Shown: positions 14,021 to 28,370, counted from the first letter of the stretch. The stretch is DNA of 64,000 nt from Eledone cirrhosa (GCA_964016885.1 OZ024742.1:59210001-59274000), one strand, 5' to 3'. Made by a program: numbers and translations. The notes: a model not told the origin generated them from the sequence alone.

Positions 14021-14829
14021 AATAGAGAGATGATATGACCAGTACTTTTGAGCATATAATTTCAGGATATATTCAATAATATTTCAAAATATGATACATT
14101 GTATATCTTACGAACATGAAGACTAAACCGAGAGAAGGACATTAAATATTTGTCGTTATCTTACAAAAAGCTACAAAATGAAAACAAACAAAAATCAAAC
14201 TAACAACATAAACGGAACCAGTAAAATAGAAGAGAATTGATGAAATGTATATGGACGATGTTCGTTTTATGTTGTTTCTGCGTTGGTGTATGGTAAATCA
14301 ATTAATCATAGAAGAAAGACTCTTTCAGAAAAACAGACATTCATTAATATACATTGACCTCCTGAGACATGAAATGTTGTAATCGAATTTGTTATATGAC
14401 AATATCCAAACGAAAGGAGACGATATATTCGTAAAACCATCAGAACATCTAAAAAAGACTACTGTAAAAAAAAACCCAAAAAACAAATAAATAAAATAAA
14501 ATAAAACGGAAATGTGTGTCTATCAACTGGTGATAACAATAATCCAAGTCAAGTTGTAGGAACTGAAAAAGCAAAAAGAAAATATGGCGGATAATACCAG
14601 GCTATGACAAAAGTCAATTGACTGATGATACGACCCATGAGACATTTAGAATAGAATTATAGAAGCATTTCAAATATCTGGACCAAAATACACAATAGAA
14701 AACAAACAAAATAATGCCATTGACAAATGCTGGAACTTTGGTTATGAAGAGGTAGGAGAAACCTAAATGAAATGGAATATAAATATGGTATAACAATTGG
14801 AACACACAAAGTAAAGGATAAATAATATA

Positions 14830-15552
14830 GCGAGATATTTTCTGTGAACGATTAGACCAAGGAATTTAACATGGTGTAAGATTTTCTGTGATCGATACGA
14901 GATGACATGACATGGTAAAATATTTTCTGTGATCGATCAGAGATGATGTTACATACTGAGAGATTTTTCTGTGGCAAGGGATATTAGCAGGTAAGGGGTT
15001 TTCTGTGATAGATGAGAGAATAGGACATCACATGAATTTTCTGTGATCGATTAGAACAAGGGATGTCACATGGTGAAAGCTGATTCTCAGAGAATATGAT
15101 GAAAAATGGTGAGAGGTATTATGTGATTCATCAAATCAAGGGATGTCATAGGGTGAGCAATTTTCTGTGATTGACGAGAGAAAAGCATATAACATTGTGA
15201 CAGATATTCTGTAATTGATAAGGGTAAAGGATATAAAATGCTGAGAGATGTTCTTTGATCGATTAGGGCAAGAGATTTTTCTGTGATCAATCAGAGGAAG
15301 GGATATTGCATGAGGAAAGACTTCTGTGATCGATTTAGGCTATGGCGAGAGATCTGCCTGTGATCGATGAGGGCAGCAAGGGATATTACACGACGTTAAA
15401 CTTTCTACGATTGATCAGATTAAATGAGATGGCATGCTGAGAGATATTTTGTGATCGATGAAATCAAGGGATATAAAATGGTGAGAGATTTTCTGTGATG
15501 GATCAGAAGGGATATGGCATCCTGTGAAGGATCAGAGCAAGTGATATCACAT
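14830..15552. repeat. Degenerate minisatellite, ~40-45 bp unit, ~17 copies
   Basis: Recurring gagattttctgtgatcgat..gag..caagggatat.acatggt. Confidence 0.9.
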
Positions 15553-16359
15553 AATATCGATATACACATACAATACATCTCCTATCTCAGTCACGTTGCT
15601 ATAATGAGAAGTTTCTTTTCCAATCATAAGGCTCTACATTTCTTATGCATTTAATCCAATAAGATTTTCGTACACATATGCTGAACATTTGTGTAATTAT
15701 ATCCTAGAAAATAATTATTCAAATATCATTCTCATCTTTAGTCAATTGAACATATCAATATCAACATGAAATATAGGGTTTCTCTCATGTAAACCATTAA
15801 TAAATCAAAATGCAAATTTCCCAGTTTCTATGATTATATATCCGATAATTCCTGTGTATATGGCCTAAAAATTCTGGACTCCAAAAATAAAACACCTCGT
15901 TTTTTTTACGGTAATCCTAATCCTGGTATATATGGCATATATATCCTGGCCTCCTAAAAGTAAAAACAGTCATTACTATTGCCATCATTATTGACGGCAC
16001 GGACCCATTAAATTTCAAAGAAAATATGTTTTATGTTTTATAAAAGTACAACAATATGCAGGAAACACAAGTAATTACCAGAATCTTATGACATATTTTC
16101 AGATAATCATCTAATTTTGTATCAACTATACTTTAAGCTATAGCCAATTATAAGCTCGTTCGTTACCCACATATATTCATTCTATTCGTATATTCTTTTA
16201 TGCAAGCATTCTTCTATTTTTGTTTTCTTTGGTTTCTGTATTTCTAAAATACTATTTTTTTGATATTTTCAATCTATTCTGTTATATTCTGTCTTGATTT
16301 CTTCTGCTTCACCACTCATTCCTACAAATCGTGCATAAACATACGCACACACATGTGCA

Positions 16360-16401
<42 letters not shown>

Positions 16402-16414
16402 CATGTGTACAGAA

Positions 16415-16449
<35 letters not shown>

Positions 16450-16474
16450 CATGTGCACGCTGTACACATGTATG

Positions 16475-16558
<84 letters not shown>

Positions 16559-16570
16559 CATGTGTACAGA

Positions 16571-16608
<38 letters not shown>

Positions 16609-16639
16609 CATGTGTACAGGCGCATATATATATATATAT

Positions 16640-16780
16640 AACGAAGGATTTGTGGTAAGGAACCAGATGGACCATAACGCACCAGAGTACTCGATACTTA
16701 GGGTAGTAGAGTGGGTAATAGGAGAAAGTATGACCCCGACGGCAGAGCTCAAGCCGTTTCGGCGGCTATTTCTGGACTCA
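16640..16780 (-). mobile_element. PLE-type 3' end with the 3' half of an HHR; related sequence at 4874-4942, 27508-27663, 40603-40801
   Basis: Minus strand GAAAC-ggc...gcc-GUC-ggggu, then a shared tail ending ccttcgtt-(AT)n. Confidence 0.7.
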
Positions 16781-17768
16781 AGTAAGAGTTTTTTTTAGTC
16801 TGGTAAATAAATAGCCGAACTTTTTAAGGGGGTACTTCCTTATATGGGAAGGTTGTAGTTGTCAAGACGATTGGTCAAAATTTGTAGCAGACACAGAAAA
16901 GTCTATCATGGCAGTGGGTGCGGGGTGGGGGTGGCTGAACTTGCCTGTAGAACGATAGGGGACTGGGTAGAGCCGGTCAAGCGTTGAAGGTGAAATCTAC
17001 ACGGCAAATTCTAAGGAATGTGTATGAAAGTAGGCCAGAGGAGGTTGGCGAAAAAAGGTTTCTTTAGGAAAAAGGAGGAGGGACGTTATAGAATTAGTAA
17101 ATCAAATGGGATTAGGGGACAATGAAAATATATATATATATATATATTCACAGGAAGGCTGTAAAAATGTTTATTGACATGAACATTTCGTATATTATTC
17201 AATATACAACCCAGGTCTTGTATCACTCTTGCTATGTTAGAGTATTAAAAGCTCTCATTAATTTCGGTCTGTATGCAAATGAGCTTCATAAGTTGATGTT
17301 CATAAACATAAATACTATAAGTTTTCAACTTATTTTCATCTTAGCATCCAAGCGGAGTTAGCCCCTCTGAAGGTGGTTAACGATCCCAAAACAACCACCT
17401 GGTTGCTAACGACCAATAATGACACTCACCACATCTTAAGTTCATTGCAACGTTGTAAATAAGTTTCTTTAATGAACATTTCGTTCTGTTCATACCGCCC
17501 TGCACGCGATACCCATGTGATTTTCCTCTTTTAACACATATGCGTATTTTAGTCTTCTAAGAAATTTAGTGGTAAGGATTGTATTGGTTGTACATCCATT
17601 GATAAGCAATGGAACCAATGTCTCTCTTCACTGAATTGTGAAACAGTTCTACCCTAAAGCTGCCTGGGTGTTGGTAGTTATCATAGTCGGTTCGTATACC
17701 TTAATTTATCCTTTTAATTGAGTTCTGTGAACCGTAATATTTATAGTTAATATATTCTTCACCTTGAA

Positions 17769-17845
<77 letters not shown>

Positions 17846-17851
<6 letters not shown>

Positions 17852-18129
17852 ATACTTGGGGAGGGTCATATTTGTGTAATATTGCCAGAATTAATAACAG
17901 AACACACTCACTGTTTGGTTGGTTTTCGCTTTTCGCTTCTGTGTCTTTTATATCGGTAATCTAATTTATTGGGTCCTCAATGTTGCCATTGACTGACCAA
18001 CGGTAAAAAATAATACAGATACAATATAGACACAAACACATATATATAGTTTATCAAAGTTCTTCCGTTGCACATCTGCAACATCGTCAGTGGAGCTATT
18101 GTTTCCTCCCGTTGCATTGTATTTTCTAC
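17846..18129 (-). mobile_element. PLE pseudo-LTR with HHR motif at 18054-18093 (GAAA mutated to GGAA)
   Basis: Near-identical to 51697-51976, the 3' end of the PLE at 51640-53770. Confidence 0.85.
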
Positions 18130-18135
18130 AATACA

Positions 18136-20883
18136 GAAAGAGCAGAGGGAGAACTAGTTAGAAATTTAGACGAGGCGCTTAGCAAAGGCATCGCGACCGA
18201 CGTACATGCGGCGAAATTGGCCCTTGACCAATTCTTCAATGCAAAGCACGAAGGCTGCGTTGTCAGAGCTAGGGTGCGTGCTCACAGACACGAGGGGACG
18301 AAAGCCGTTCAATGCGCCTGAGTGGCGAAGGCGCGTCGTGGCAACAAAGCCACGATCCGGTCTTTGGTGGACCACGACGGGCGCATGCTACTCGATCCCG
18401 GGCAAATGTGTGAAGCTTTTCAGCGACACTTCGCACAGCTGTTCGGGGGCCGCGGCGGGCCGGATCGAGGGATGGACTTTAGTGTCTAGCTCGACGGACT
18501 GCCGCGGCTCTCGGCCACTGAGGCGGAGTGTTGCGAAAAGCCGATAACAGCCGCTGAAGTACGGGAGGCAATGACTGGCTGCACAAGGGGTAAATCGCCT
18601 GGTTTGGATGGTCTGCCCTATGAACTTTACGTACAGATGCCAGACTTGTTCGGATGCCTCTTGGCGGACGTCTACTGCAACTGGCAACAGAACGGGAGAA
18701 TTCCCAGCTCTGTGAGCCGAGGAGCTGTGGCGCTGCTGAGAAAGAATCCGAACAAGGAGGAGAACATAGATAACATAGATAACAAGATTTTGGCCAAGGT
18801 GCTAGCAAAGAGGTTGGCGCTTGTCGTTGGTGGTCTGGTGGGAGAGGCGCAGACATGCGCCATTCCCGACAGATCCATCCACGACAACCTCCACCTCATG
18901 CGATACATCGTAGAGAGGGTAGCTAGGGAACCTGGCACGGGTGGGTCCTTGATCAATTTAGATCAGTCGAAAGCTTTCGATAGGGTCGACCATCGTTACC
19001 TAGCGGCAGTCCTGAGGGCGGCTGGCTTTGGGCCCGTCTTCAGAGGCTGGATCGCTGCCATGCACAGCGACATCTGCTCTGTGGTGAGAGTGAACGGTCA
19101 CCTGTCAGAACCGTTCAACATCATGCGCTCGGTCCGCCAAGGATGTCCCCTCTCGTCCCTCTTGTACGTATTGACTCTCGAGCCATTACTGCACAAGCTG
19201 GAGACGTTGAGGGGAGTCCCGCGCGAACTAGGATGCGGAAGATCCGTGTCAGCATATGCGGACGATGTCACCGTAGTGGTGTCGAACGCCAAACACATCG
19301 AGGCGATCGGCACTACACTAAGAGAATACGAAGCGGTGACAGGAGCAATGATCAACCAGGAAAAGTCAGTGGGCCTGCAGCTCGGCACCTGGAGAGGCAG
19401 GTCCATGCCGTCCAACAGCGTCGTCGGGCGCTGGACGGACGGACCGGTTAAATTGCTAGGGGTCTGGTTCGGTCCGGACCTCCAGACGGACAAAAACTGG
19501 GACGAGGTGACGAGCAGGGTGGCTTCTCTCACCCAGAAATGGGCGGAGAGGAAGCTATCCCTGAAAGGTCGAGCGGAGGTGGCTAACGCGTACATCGCGT
19601 CTGTCATCTGCTACCGCCTAACCGTCGTACCTTGTCCTAAGCCTCGCCTGACTGCGCTGGAGCGTTTGCTCTTTCGCTTTTTGTGGAAGGGACGTGCTCC
19701 GATGGTCAGGCGGTCCATCTGTTGTCAACACCCGCTACGTGGAGGGCTGGGCATGCCGTGGCTGATGATGCGCAGGCACGCGCTCAGGCTACGACATCTC
19801 CACCTCTTCCTCGACGGTGATCAGGTGTGGTCGCCGTTTGCTAGACGCGTTTTTCCCCAGCTCGTTTCCTTGACGGAGCTGCAGTCCTGGGTCAAGCGAA
19901 GACCGAGAGGGAGCGCCTGGAGACTGGAATGTCTTCAGGCGCTCACAGCCCTCGACCAATCGGGCAATGTGATCGGTGGAAACTCCACCTCGGCGTTCTA
20001 TAGAGGATTAGTGGAGGGGAAGAGCGACGACGTACTTGGGGAAACTCTAGGCGTCGACGAAAATCAACTAGCCAATCTCTTCGGAAGAACCTTCGGGCCA
20101 GGGCCTATGGACAACTTCCAGAAATCTCTGGCCTGGCAGTGCTACCGAGGAGCCTTGCCAGTTCGGGATAAACTCTACAGGCATGGAGGTGCCGTCAGCC
20201 GGGCATGTCCGAGATGCGCGCAGGGCGACGAAACCGTCCTGCACGCACTCGTCCAGTGTCCGAAAATTGCTGACTTGTGGGTTTATGTCGAACACCTGCT
20301 GTCGCGTTTAGGACGGATCCAGCTATCATCTGAGTCTATCGTGAGGATTGCCCCGCCCTCCTCCTTTAGCCGGGAAGGGCAGGCAGTTTTTATCTGTCTG
20401 GTGGCCATGGCGAAAGAGATAGTATGGTGGACACGTTTGAAAGGGCTGAAGACGAGCACTTACCTCTTCGGTGATGCTCTGATTGACTTTTTCAAATTTC
20501 ATTTGAAAAGGAAAATCAGAGTAGAGAAGGAAGTGCTCTCTTCCCAGCATTTTGTTGAAAGATGGGTGAGAGAAGCAAGAATGGCCCGAGTGAATGGGCC
20601 GACTCTGAGTATATATCTGTAAACTAAAGGTGGAAAACTGGGAGAGGGCACTTGCCTTGGTGGTCAGAGTCATTGTGGCTTTTTACTGGGCTTTCTCCAC
20701 AAATGTCCCTCCGAAGTCTCCCCCCTATTGGGGAATTTTTCATTGTTATTTTCATTGTTATTTTTGTTACATCCTCTATTTTTGTTTTTTTTACACGCAG
20801 AAATGCCCATTTGTACCGTCCTGCATTGTCCTGCACTGTCCTTAATGTCTACTTTATGTAAACCCTTGTGGTTAATAAAGAAA

Positions 20884-20938
<55 letters not shown>
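18136..20938 (+). mobile_element. 5'-truncated Tx1/L1-clade LINE with (ATT)n tail
   Basis: GC-rich RT ORF, 3' UTR, AATAAA at 20874 and (ATT)n at 20886-20938. Confidence 0.92.
18571..20622 (+). pseudogene. LINE ORF2 reverse transcriptase plus C-terminal CCHC zinc finger
   Basis: KSPGLDGLP, LDQSKAFDRV, VRQGCPLS, AYADD, CPRC...ETVLHALVQC. The conserved RPI.LLN motif is deleted (NIDNIDNKIL) and there are upstream stops. Confidence 0.93.
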
Positions 20939-20940
<2 letters not shown>

Positions 20941-21987
20941 TTGGTCGATTTAATCTACTTTCTTCTCCCCAAAAATTGTTGGCCTTGTGCCTAAATCAGA
21001 AACCTTTATTATTTGTTTTTTATCAATATATATTGAACTATGAAAATCAATACCGAAGTTTGGTTAAAGGTCGAATACACAGCAAACAAGACTCAATTAT
21101 TATAAGAAAGGATGCAGTATAGCTAAGTGGTTAAGACGTATGTTTCGCGATCTTATGCCCCTGGGTCCAGATGACAGTGGTAGTTATTGAAGAACACTAT
21201 CTCCTCCATAGATGTTAATATCCGGCTTAAAGACTAAAATCAAGAAGAATCTTTTTCGTTTAAGTCTAGCCACTAACAACATCTGAAGAGCTAACTAGAC
21301 CCACATCTTTGATTGGAGAGGATTCAGAATGACTCTCCTCAAATTGACATGAAAATCTTCACTTCTGAAAACACTTCTCCTCTTGGTTCAGAACCTCTGT
21401 GGAGTAGTGGCAGTCATTCAACTACCCGAGAAGAAGCACGAGGAGATCATGCTCTGTTTTGGTCAGAAGTGGCTACAGATCAGGCTCAGTAATCGGTGAA
21501 TATGGTGAAGTAAGCGAGACTTTGATCACGATCTTGTCTGCTACCCAACCTATGTAGCTAAAAAACAAAAAACAAAAAAAAAACAGCTTGCAAACTTCAA
21601 TGTAAAGAGCTGTGTAGAAAGGTGAAAATCTCTTATATGACCATCTTGCTTGGTTCGAAGAAACGATAAGAAGAAGGTGCTAAGTTTTAGCTCACAGTAA
21701 GGCATCATGGGCAAGAATCTATACCATAACCTCGGCTCAACCCAATCTTTAAGTGAAATTACGAAGACAGAAAGTCTCGTCGGTAGAATTGTTCCTGTAA
21801 TTCAATGGTCCAACATTGGCACATATTGTGTGACACTGATTCTACTAGAGAATTACGTTAAGAGGTTGGGAATACTCGAATACTGAATCCCTTAGAGTCC
21901 AATTCATGAGTAAGATGTCCAGTTGATCGATTGACTGAATGCCCCCGTCGGAAACACTTTACAAGCGTTTTTGTTTTTAGATTGTAT

Positions 21988-22428
21988 ATTGGCAGTATCG
22001 GTGGAACGTCGGAGATAATTCTTTGCGATATTTAGTTACGACGGTGTACGTTATGTGTTCAAATCTCGCCGAGCTCCAGTTTGTATTTCATTCTTTCGGG
22101 GTCGATAAAATAACGTACCTGTTAAGTTTTGGGGTCGACATAACCGACTTTGCTCTTCTTCCAAATTGCTGGACTTGTGTCAATGATAGAAAGAATTATC
22201 TAGAAATAGAGCAATGGATTGGCTGAGTCAGTAGAGCGTCGGAAAAATGCTTAGGAGTATTTTCTCCGCCTCCTTTAGTTCTGATTGTGAGTTAAATCTC
22301 GACGAGGACAACTTTGCCTTTTATCTCTCTGGTGTCGATAAAATAAAGTACCAGTTATATACCAGGGTCTATATAATCGACTTTCTCTTTCCGAAAAATT
22401 GTTGACCTTGTAATTAAAGTAGAAATCA
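21988..22428 (+). mobile_element. Two tandem SINE copies
   Basis: Two heads (attggc...gtcgg) and two cores. Confidence 0.85.
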
Positions 22429-22806
22429 TATATCGAAGCATAAAAATCTATATCAAATTCCAAATGATGAAGTTAACAGTATGTTATTGGATAAAGGTTG
22501 AATACACTACAATTAAGAATCAATCAATTATTATAAGAACATGTAAGAAAAGGTAAATGTAGTTCTTTGGCAACTTCTTTCGTGTTGTATTTTTTATGGA
22601 TTATATTCCTAACGGTATTGTATTTTGTATTTTAGATGATTTCATAATTTCATATCACTCAATATACTGTGTATGCGCGCGCGTGCGTGCGTGCGTGCGT
22701 GCGTGCGTGTGTGTGTGTGTGTGTGTGTATATATATTTATGTACGTACGTACGTACGTACGTATATATGTATGATTGTATATAAACACACACACACATGC
22801 ACACTC

Positions 22807-22838
<32 letters not shown>

Positions 22839-22864
22839 TTCAAGTTATCAATAATGTAGTGATA

Positions 22865-24395
22865 ATATATCTCACGTTAGAGATGAATAGCGTACGTGTA
22901 GGTTTGCTCAACGAGTATAAATTACATTCCGGAGAAAATGTAGAAAAGATGAATATAAAATGAAAGTGCTTTTATAAAGGAATTTATTAGGTATTGACAT
23001 ATGTTTCTGTAACAGACGGAATACCTCTGTACCGCTGCTTGCGTAATCATATAATGTTAGCAAGTATTCAATAGCAAATGTATAATCAGTTGTCACTTCT
23101 TCAGAGATATTGGATAAATTGGAAAAAATCAGAAAAATTAAAGTATTTATATTAGTTGTAAGAAAGGAAGAACAGAAGGGATAGTATATGACAGATGGCA
23201 ATTCAATTTGCTGGTAAACAAGTATATAGAAGGTTTTTAATGAGAATACAATGAGTATATGGTTTATTTTATCTAAATAAGAATTTTTGGGAGTGCCTAT
23301 TTTAATCTATATTTGACCAATTGAACAATGGACAGGGTTGGTCGTTTGGTGTAGTAGTATTAATATAGTAGTATTAATCAAGTAAGGAAGAGAGAGATTT
23401 TCACTGCTACTGTATAACAACAATGCTGGTAACCTGCTGGTATATGCATTAGGGAATTGAATTAAGAAATCTCATTTTATCTATAGCAGTTTATATTAAA
23501 TGGTAAAGAATAGAAGAGTTGATAGAATTAAGACTAATAGAAAATGTTAATATGTAGATGGAGACAGGCGTTCAATCCTGGTAGCGTTTGTAATATGAAA
23601 ATGTAGATTTCAAGCGATGGTTACAGTATAACGATCGTTCTATTCTGTTATTTAATAAAATATTTTTGGATTTCATAATACAAAATATTTCCATAATACA
23701 CAATTTACAAAATTCCTGTCCTTGGAAATATGCAGGGGCAAATACTATTATATCCCATTTTAGGTTAAATTGTTGATTATTTTCGCGCAGCTGCCAAGCT
23801 TTGTCTGCAAGTGTTGTTACATAACGCTGGTTTTCATGTTTTATCGAGTAACGATGTCTATAAAGGTGAGATTTGAAGGAGGTAGCTGTAGACCCCACAT
23901 AGTACCACTTCTGGCTACCCGATTCGATAGTACATTTGTATATGATGTTGCGTTCAAGACACTGATTGTTCAACGGACACATTCCTGGTTGGACACAGTT
24001 ACAGTTATAATTATGCGTTGTTGTATTACCATGGATGGGTTGATGAGGTTGCTTAGGCAGGACGGGATGTTGTCTGTTGTTTTGTGATGTTATAGCCGAT
24101 GTTTTACGTGTATTGTTATGTGTTGGAAGGCGTTTATACAACCGTTTTGCGTTAAGCTTTTTTATATGTTGTTCAATATTAGGGGCGGTTGAATATGAAA
24201 GTCGAATAGTGTTAGGGTTTAAGATTTTATTATATTTATGTGATGTTGGAAAATGTTTTTTAACTAATCGAAAGAATTGTGAGGGTAGATTGGTTTTAAT
24301 AGAGTTGTTATAGACCGGGTTGTACCATATATACTCTTTACATCGCCTTCTGTTTGGTGGTGTGCGACTATTAGTGTGTCTATTGCGGTAGTGTA
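22865..24395 (-). mobile_element. 5'-truncated Hydra-like PLE (thumb end, GIY-YIG, 3' UTR)
   Basis: ORF 23572-24141: CNC-x5-CPL, IIY...YYVG, CKLC, CNH. Upstream WYNP...KHFP...NTIRLSYST lies in another frame. Confidence 0.88.
22989..23110 (-). ncRNA. Hammerhead-like motif with 76-nt stem II insert
   Basis: CUGAAGA-a gugaca..(76 nt)..uguuac a-GAAA-cauaug-UC-aauaccu. Stem I is imperfect. Confidence 0.6.
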
Positions 24396-24615
24396 TGTAT
24401 GTAAAATTATAAATGCGAGGAAAGAATCGAGAAAGAACTACCTATTTGTTCTTCAATATATATATACGCACACGCACACATATATTTGTATATATGCATG
24501 TACACATACACTTACACACGCATGTATGTACATATTTATACGTATGTAAGTGCATTAATGTATGTATATATATATTATATATATGGATTTATATATTATG
24601 TTTGCAGCTATGTAT

Positions 24616-24647
<32 letters not shown>

Positions 24648-25814
24648 GTATATAAAATGAAGAAATTACATCCTTTGACTGTGTTAGGAATGTTTAATCA
24701 CCCACATAGATTTCTTGATAGAAATTAATGCTGAAGTTTCTAATTACATGTTGCATTCATTTACACATGCATAATTACATACTTCCATTGATATCTACCA
24801 GCTATTATGGGAACTGTGAAAATATGTAAAACATTCCAGAAGTGTGGCGTGTAATAAATTCATATACCCACGCGCAAACACGCAAACATATGTACGTGTA
24901 CACACAAGTGAAACCATAATGCCACGTATGCATGCAAGCAATGACATTTGTGCTTGCATACATATTGATGCACATATGTTATATATTCTTGATTGCATAC
25001 ATCTTTATACACATTTCTATCTTAAATGAGATATAAATAATAAAAAAAAGTACATACATGCATAGATACACGAACATCTATTTGATGCTGTCTAACAGCC
25101 AAAGAAAGAGCGGAGCCTTCTTTCTTGGTTAGGATCCATGTATTTCTCTAATAGTGACAAATCTGGAACATAAAACCAAATGAACACTTTTGCATACACG
25201 CATACGCACGCACGTGCGCGTACACACATGCACGTTTGCACTTCCTCCCCACACAGTAAGTGCAACTGCTCTATAACTAGTAAACGTTATATCACACCCC
25301 ATTTCAATGGCTATGGTTTTGTTAAGGTAAGAGTAGTATTAGATAAGTAAATAAAAATCACGGTCTTAATGTTGATTATGTCAATAAATATAGAAGCTAT
25401 ATAGCTGGCATGACCAGCAACTTCAGATATGTCATTAAAACATTGCTTTTCAAATACGTTATGATGCTGTTGCTAAAACACTACGTAGTGTCTGTCATAC
25501 GTAGGGGATATTGTTTTCAGATAAATATAAAGTATTATATTGTTGAGTCCATTCATACGTTTCAACTGGGGGAATATTTGTGGAACATTGTCATAAAAAA
25601 CCTCTGCAAGTTGGACAGTATTTATTCTTCATACATCCATGGATGCAAAATCTTGGACACATCACCAGCATTGTATCCTGGAGACATTGAGTATTTTGGA
25701 TCTTACAACATAGATCCTCATCTATGTGACCCTAGTTACTGCCCATGTGACATATATATTATTGACCCATTGATCACATTGTTTTAACCATAAAAAATGA
25801 GAAATGTTAGAAAT

Positions 25815-26028
25815 AACAATTGTTTCTACATTTGGCACAAAGCCATCAATTTGAAGGAAAAGAGACAATTGATTAAATCAGCCCCAGTGATTTACTGGTA
25901 CTTTATCGACTACGAAAAGACGAAATGCAAAACTAACTTAGGTGGGATATGAGAACAGAGCGTAAAGTGCCGTAACAATATGTTGTAAAGCACGTTGTCT
26001 GACGCTCTACCGATTCTGCCAATCCACC
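25815..26028 (-). mobile_element. SINE copy
   Basis: Ends on the + strand with cgattctgccaatccacc. Confidence 0.85.
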
Positions 26029-26429
26029 GAGAGTAAAAGGTAAAATGAAAAAATGATGGCAAAAATACAATAACCAAATGCCGTAAAATAACAAGAAGAT
26101 ATAGAAACTTCCTTTTCGTTTGACTGGTAACTTCTGAAGGAGTCGTAATAGTACTGTCATGACATTTTAGGGCATTTTAGACTTGGCGGTGCCCATGCCT
26201 TCACCACGCCTGAACACAGCCGATTTCTTCCAGAGAAGGTATGAAAGTGATAGAGATGAAGTCAGAAAATGATATAGATGAGGAATGGACCCAAGTACTG
26301 ATCTGGTACATTTTCATTGACCTTTAACTGGTTTCAGTCATTACACAGTAGTCATGCTGCAACATCAACTTGAAGGGACATAGTTGATCCTATTAACACC
26401 ACAAATAATTTAATCTGATACATATATAT

Positions 26430-26981
26430 AAAATAAAAATAGAATCCACACACAGAAAAGATGCAATGTTTAGGCAAATTAAAGAGGCAGTAAGCATAAA
26501 AAAATTACAACCAAAATTAAATAGAAAATATGAGTGGAACAGCAACATCACAACTTACAATTAAGGACAAAATGAAAACACACACACACATAGAACAAAC
26601 AACCAACCAACAATAAATAAATAAATAAATAAACAAATAGATAAATGAACACAAACACACACAGACACCCGGATGTGGCGCATGCGCAAACTGAGCACAC
26701 AACACACACACAGAAACAAAATGGAGTAGGACAGAAGAAAGGAAAGGCACAGAAACAAAGAAAGGAATCGCCAGTCACTGAAGAGGTCACAGAGTGTGTG
26801 ACGAAAGGACTATGACTATATATAAACAACTATCTAGTTGTGGAACCAACCAACCAACCAGAAATTTATAAGTTTGTAGATTTGTAAATTTATAAATTTA
26901 TAAATATATAATAAATTGAAGTGAAAGCAACTGGTGCGTGTGTTTCTTATTGGCAACATGACCCTCCCAAAGTATAACAAT
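26430..26981 (+). mobile_element. 5'-truncated PLE (GIY-YIG end plus pLTR)
   Basis: Colinear with 42920-43448. Confidence 0.88.
26773..26817 (+). ncRNA. Minimal type I hammerhead
   Basis: aguca-CUGAAGA-g-gucaca gagug ugugac-GAAA-ggac-UA-ugacu. Confidence 0.85.
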
Positions 26982-27100
26982 ATATATATATGTATGTACA
27001 TGTATGTATGTATATATAAAGAAATGTACATGTATTTATGTTTTTATATATATGTATATATATATATGTATGTATATATATGTATATATGTATACATATA

Positions 27101-27178
<78 letters not shown>

Positions 27179-27660
27179 TGTATATATATATATTCTATAA
27201 TGTTATAGATTATTGATCTCACCAAACACAAAAATTCCCTGAAACTGAATTTTCTTCACACACCTTTAATCAGTAAAATTATGCGAAATATGATTCAATG
27301 TTTGAATTATCGATTTATTCGATATCATCTACAAAGATGCAAAATGTATATTGTGAAAAGTTAAAACTTTATAAAAATAATATACAAGGTCGCATATGAG
27401 AATGGTCGCTAGATGTTGTAAACGACCAATTCAAATACTAATTTATCGTATTATCGTAGTTAAAGTATTTATAATGTGCAACATAATGGTTATGTATATA
27501 TATATATAACGAAGGAATTGTGGTAAAGAACTAGATGAACCATAACGCACCAAAGTACTCAATACTTAGGGAAGTAGAGTGGGTAATAGGAAGAAGTACG
27601 ACCCCGTCAAGAAATATCCGTCGAAACGGCTTGAGATCTGCCGTCGGGGTTATACTTGTT

Positions 27661-27728
<68 letters not shown>

Positions 27729-27919
27729 TATATATATATATATATATTTAAAAAAAACATATATATATATTTATATATATACAAATATATACATATATAT
27801 ATATTTATATATATATATATACATATATATATATAGTGGTAAAACACTGGAGGGTAATATCCGTATTAGTAGAGCAGTCAGTCCATGGGACTATTTTGGT
27901 AGAAGTAGTTCCACAACAT

Positions 27920-27962
27920 ACCGAGAACAATTGTTTCCCCTTAGTCAGATCATCAGCTCGGT
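27920..27962 (-). ncRNA. Minimal type I hammerhead
   Basis: accgag-CUGAUGA-ucu gacuaa ggg-GAAA-caauug-UU-cucggu. 6-bp stem I, palindromic stem III. Confidence 0.82.
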
Positions 27963-27995
27963 CTAAAAAAGAAAAATGTATATTCGTACATTCCC

Positions 27996-28029
<34 letters not shown>

Positions 28030-28310
28030 GTAGGTCCCGGGTTGAGTCGGGGATAACCAAAGTAAGTAAGGTACTCAATACATGGCAGAGTAAACATTTT
28101 TTAATTTTATAGAAGGAGCTTCTACAGGACTAGTACTGCTTCTACAGGACTAGTACTGTTTCATTCAGATATATATATATGAATGTACCTATTATATATT
28201 TGATAATATACTGTATGTTTATTTAAAATAGTGACTACGTCACATACAGTATGTTATCAAATTTACTATACCTACATCCATATATACATCGCTATTTCAG
28301 AGCACCAATA

Positions 28311-28370
<60 letters not shown>

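Noticed and set aside
14830-15552. CRISPR-like array
   Set aside because: The inter-core segments are homologous to each other, there are no cas genes and the context is eukaryotic.
25410-25787. 125-aa ORF
   Set aside because: No recognisable domain or splice structure.
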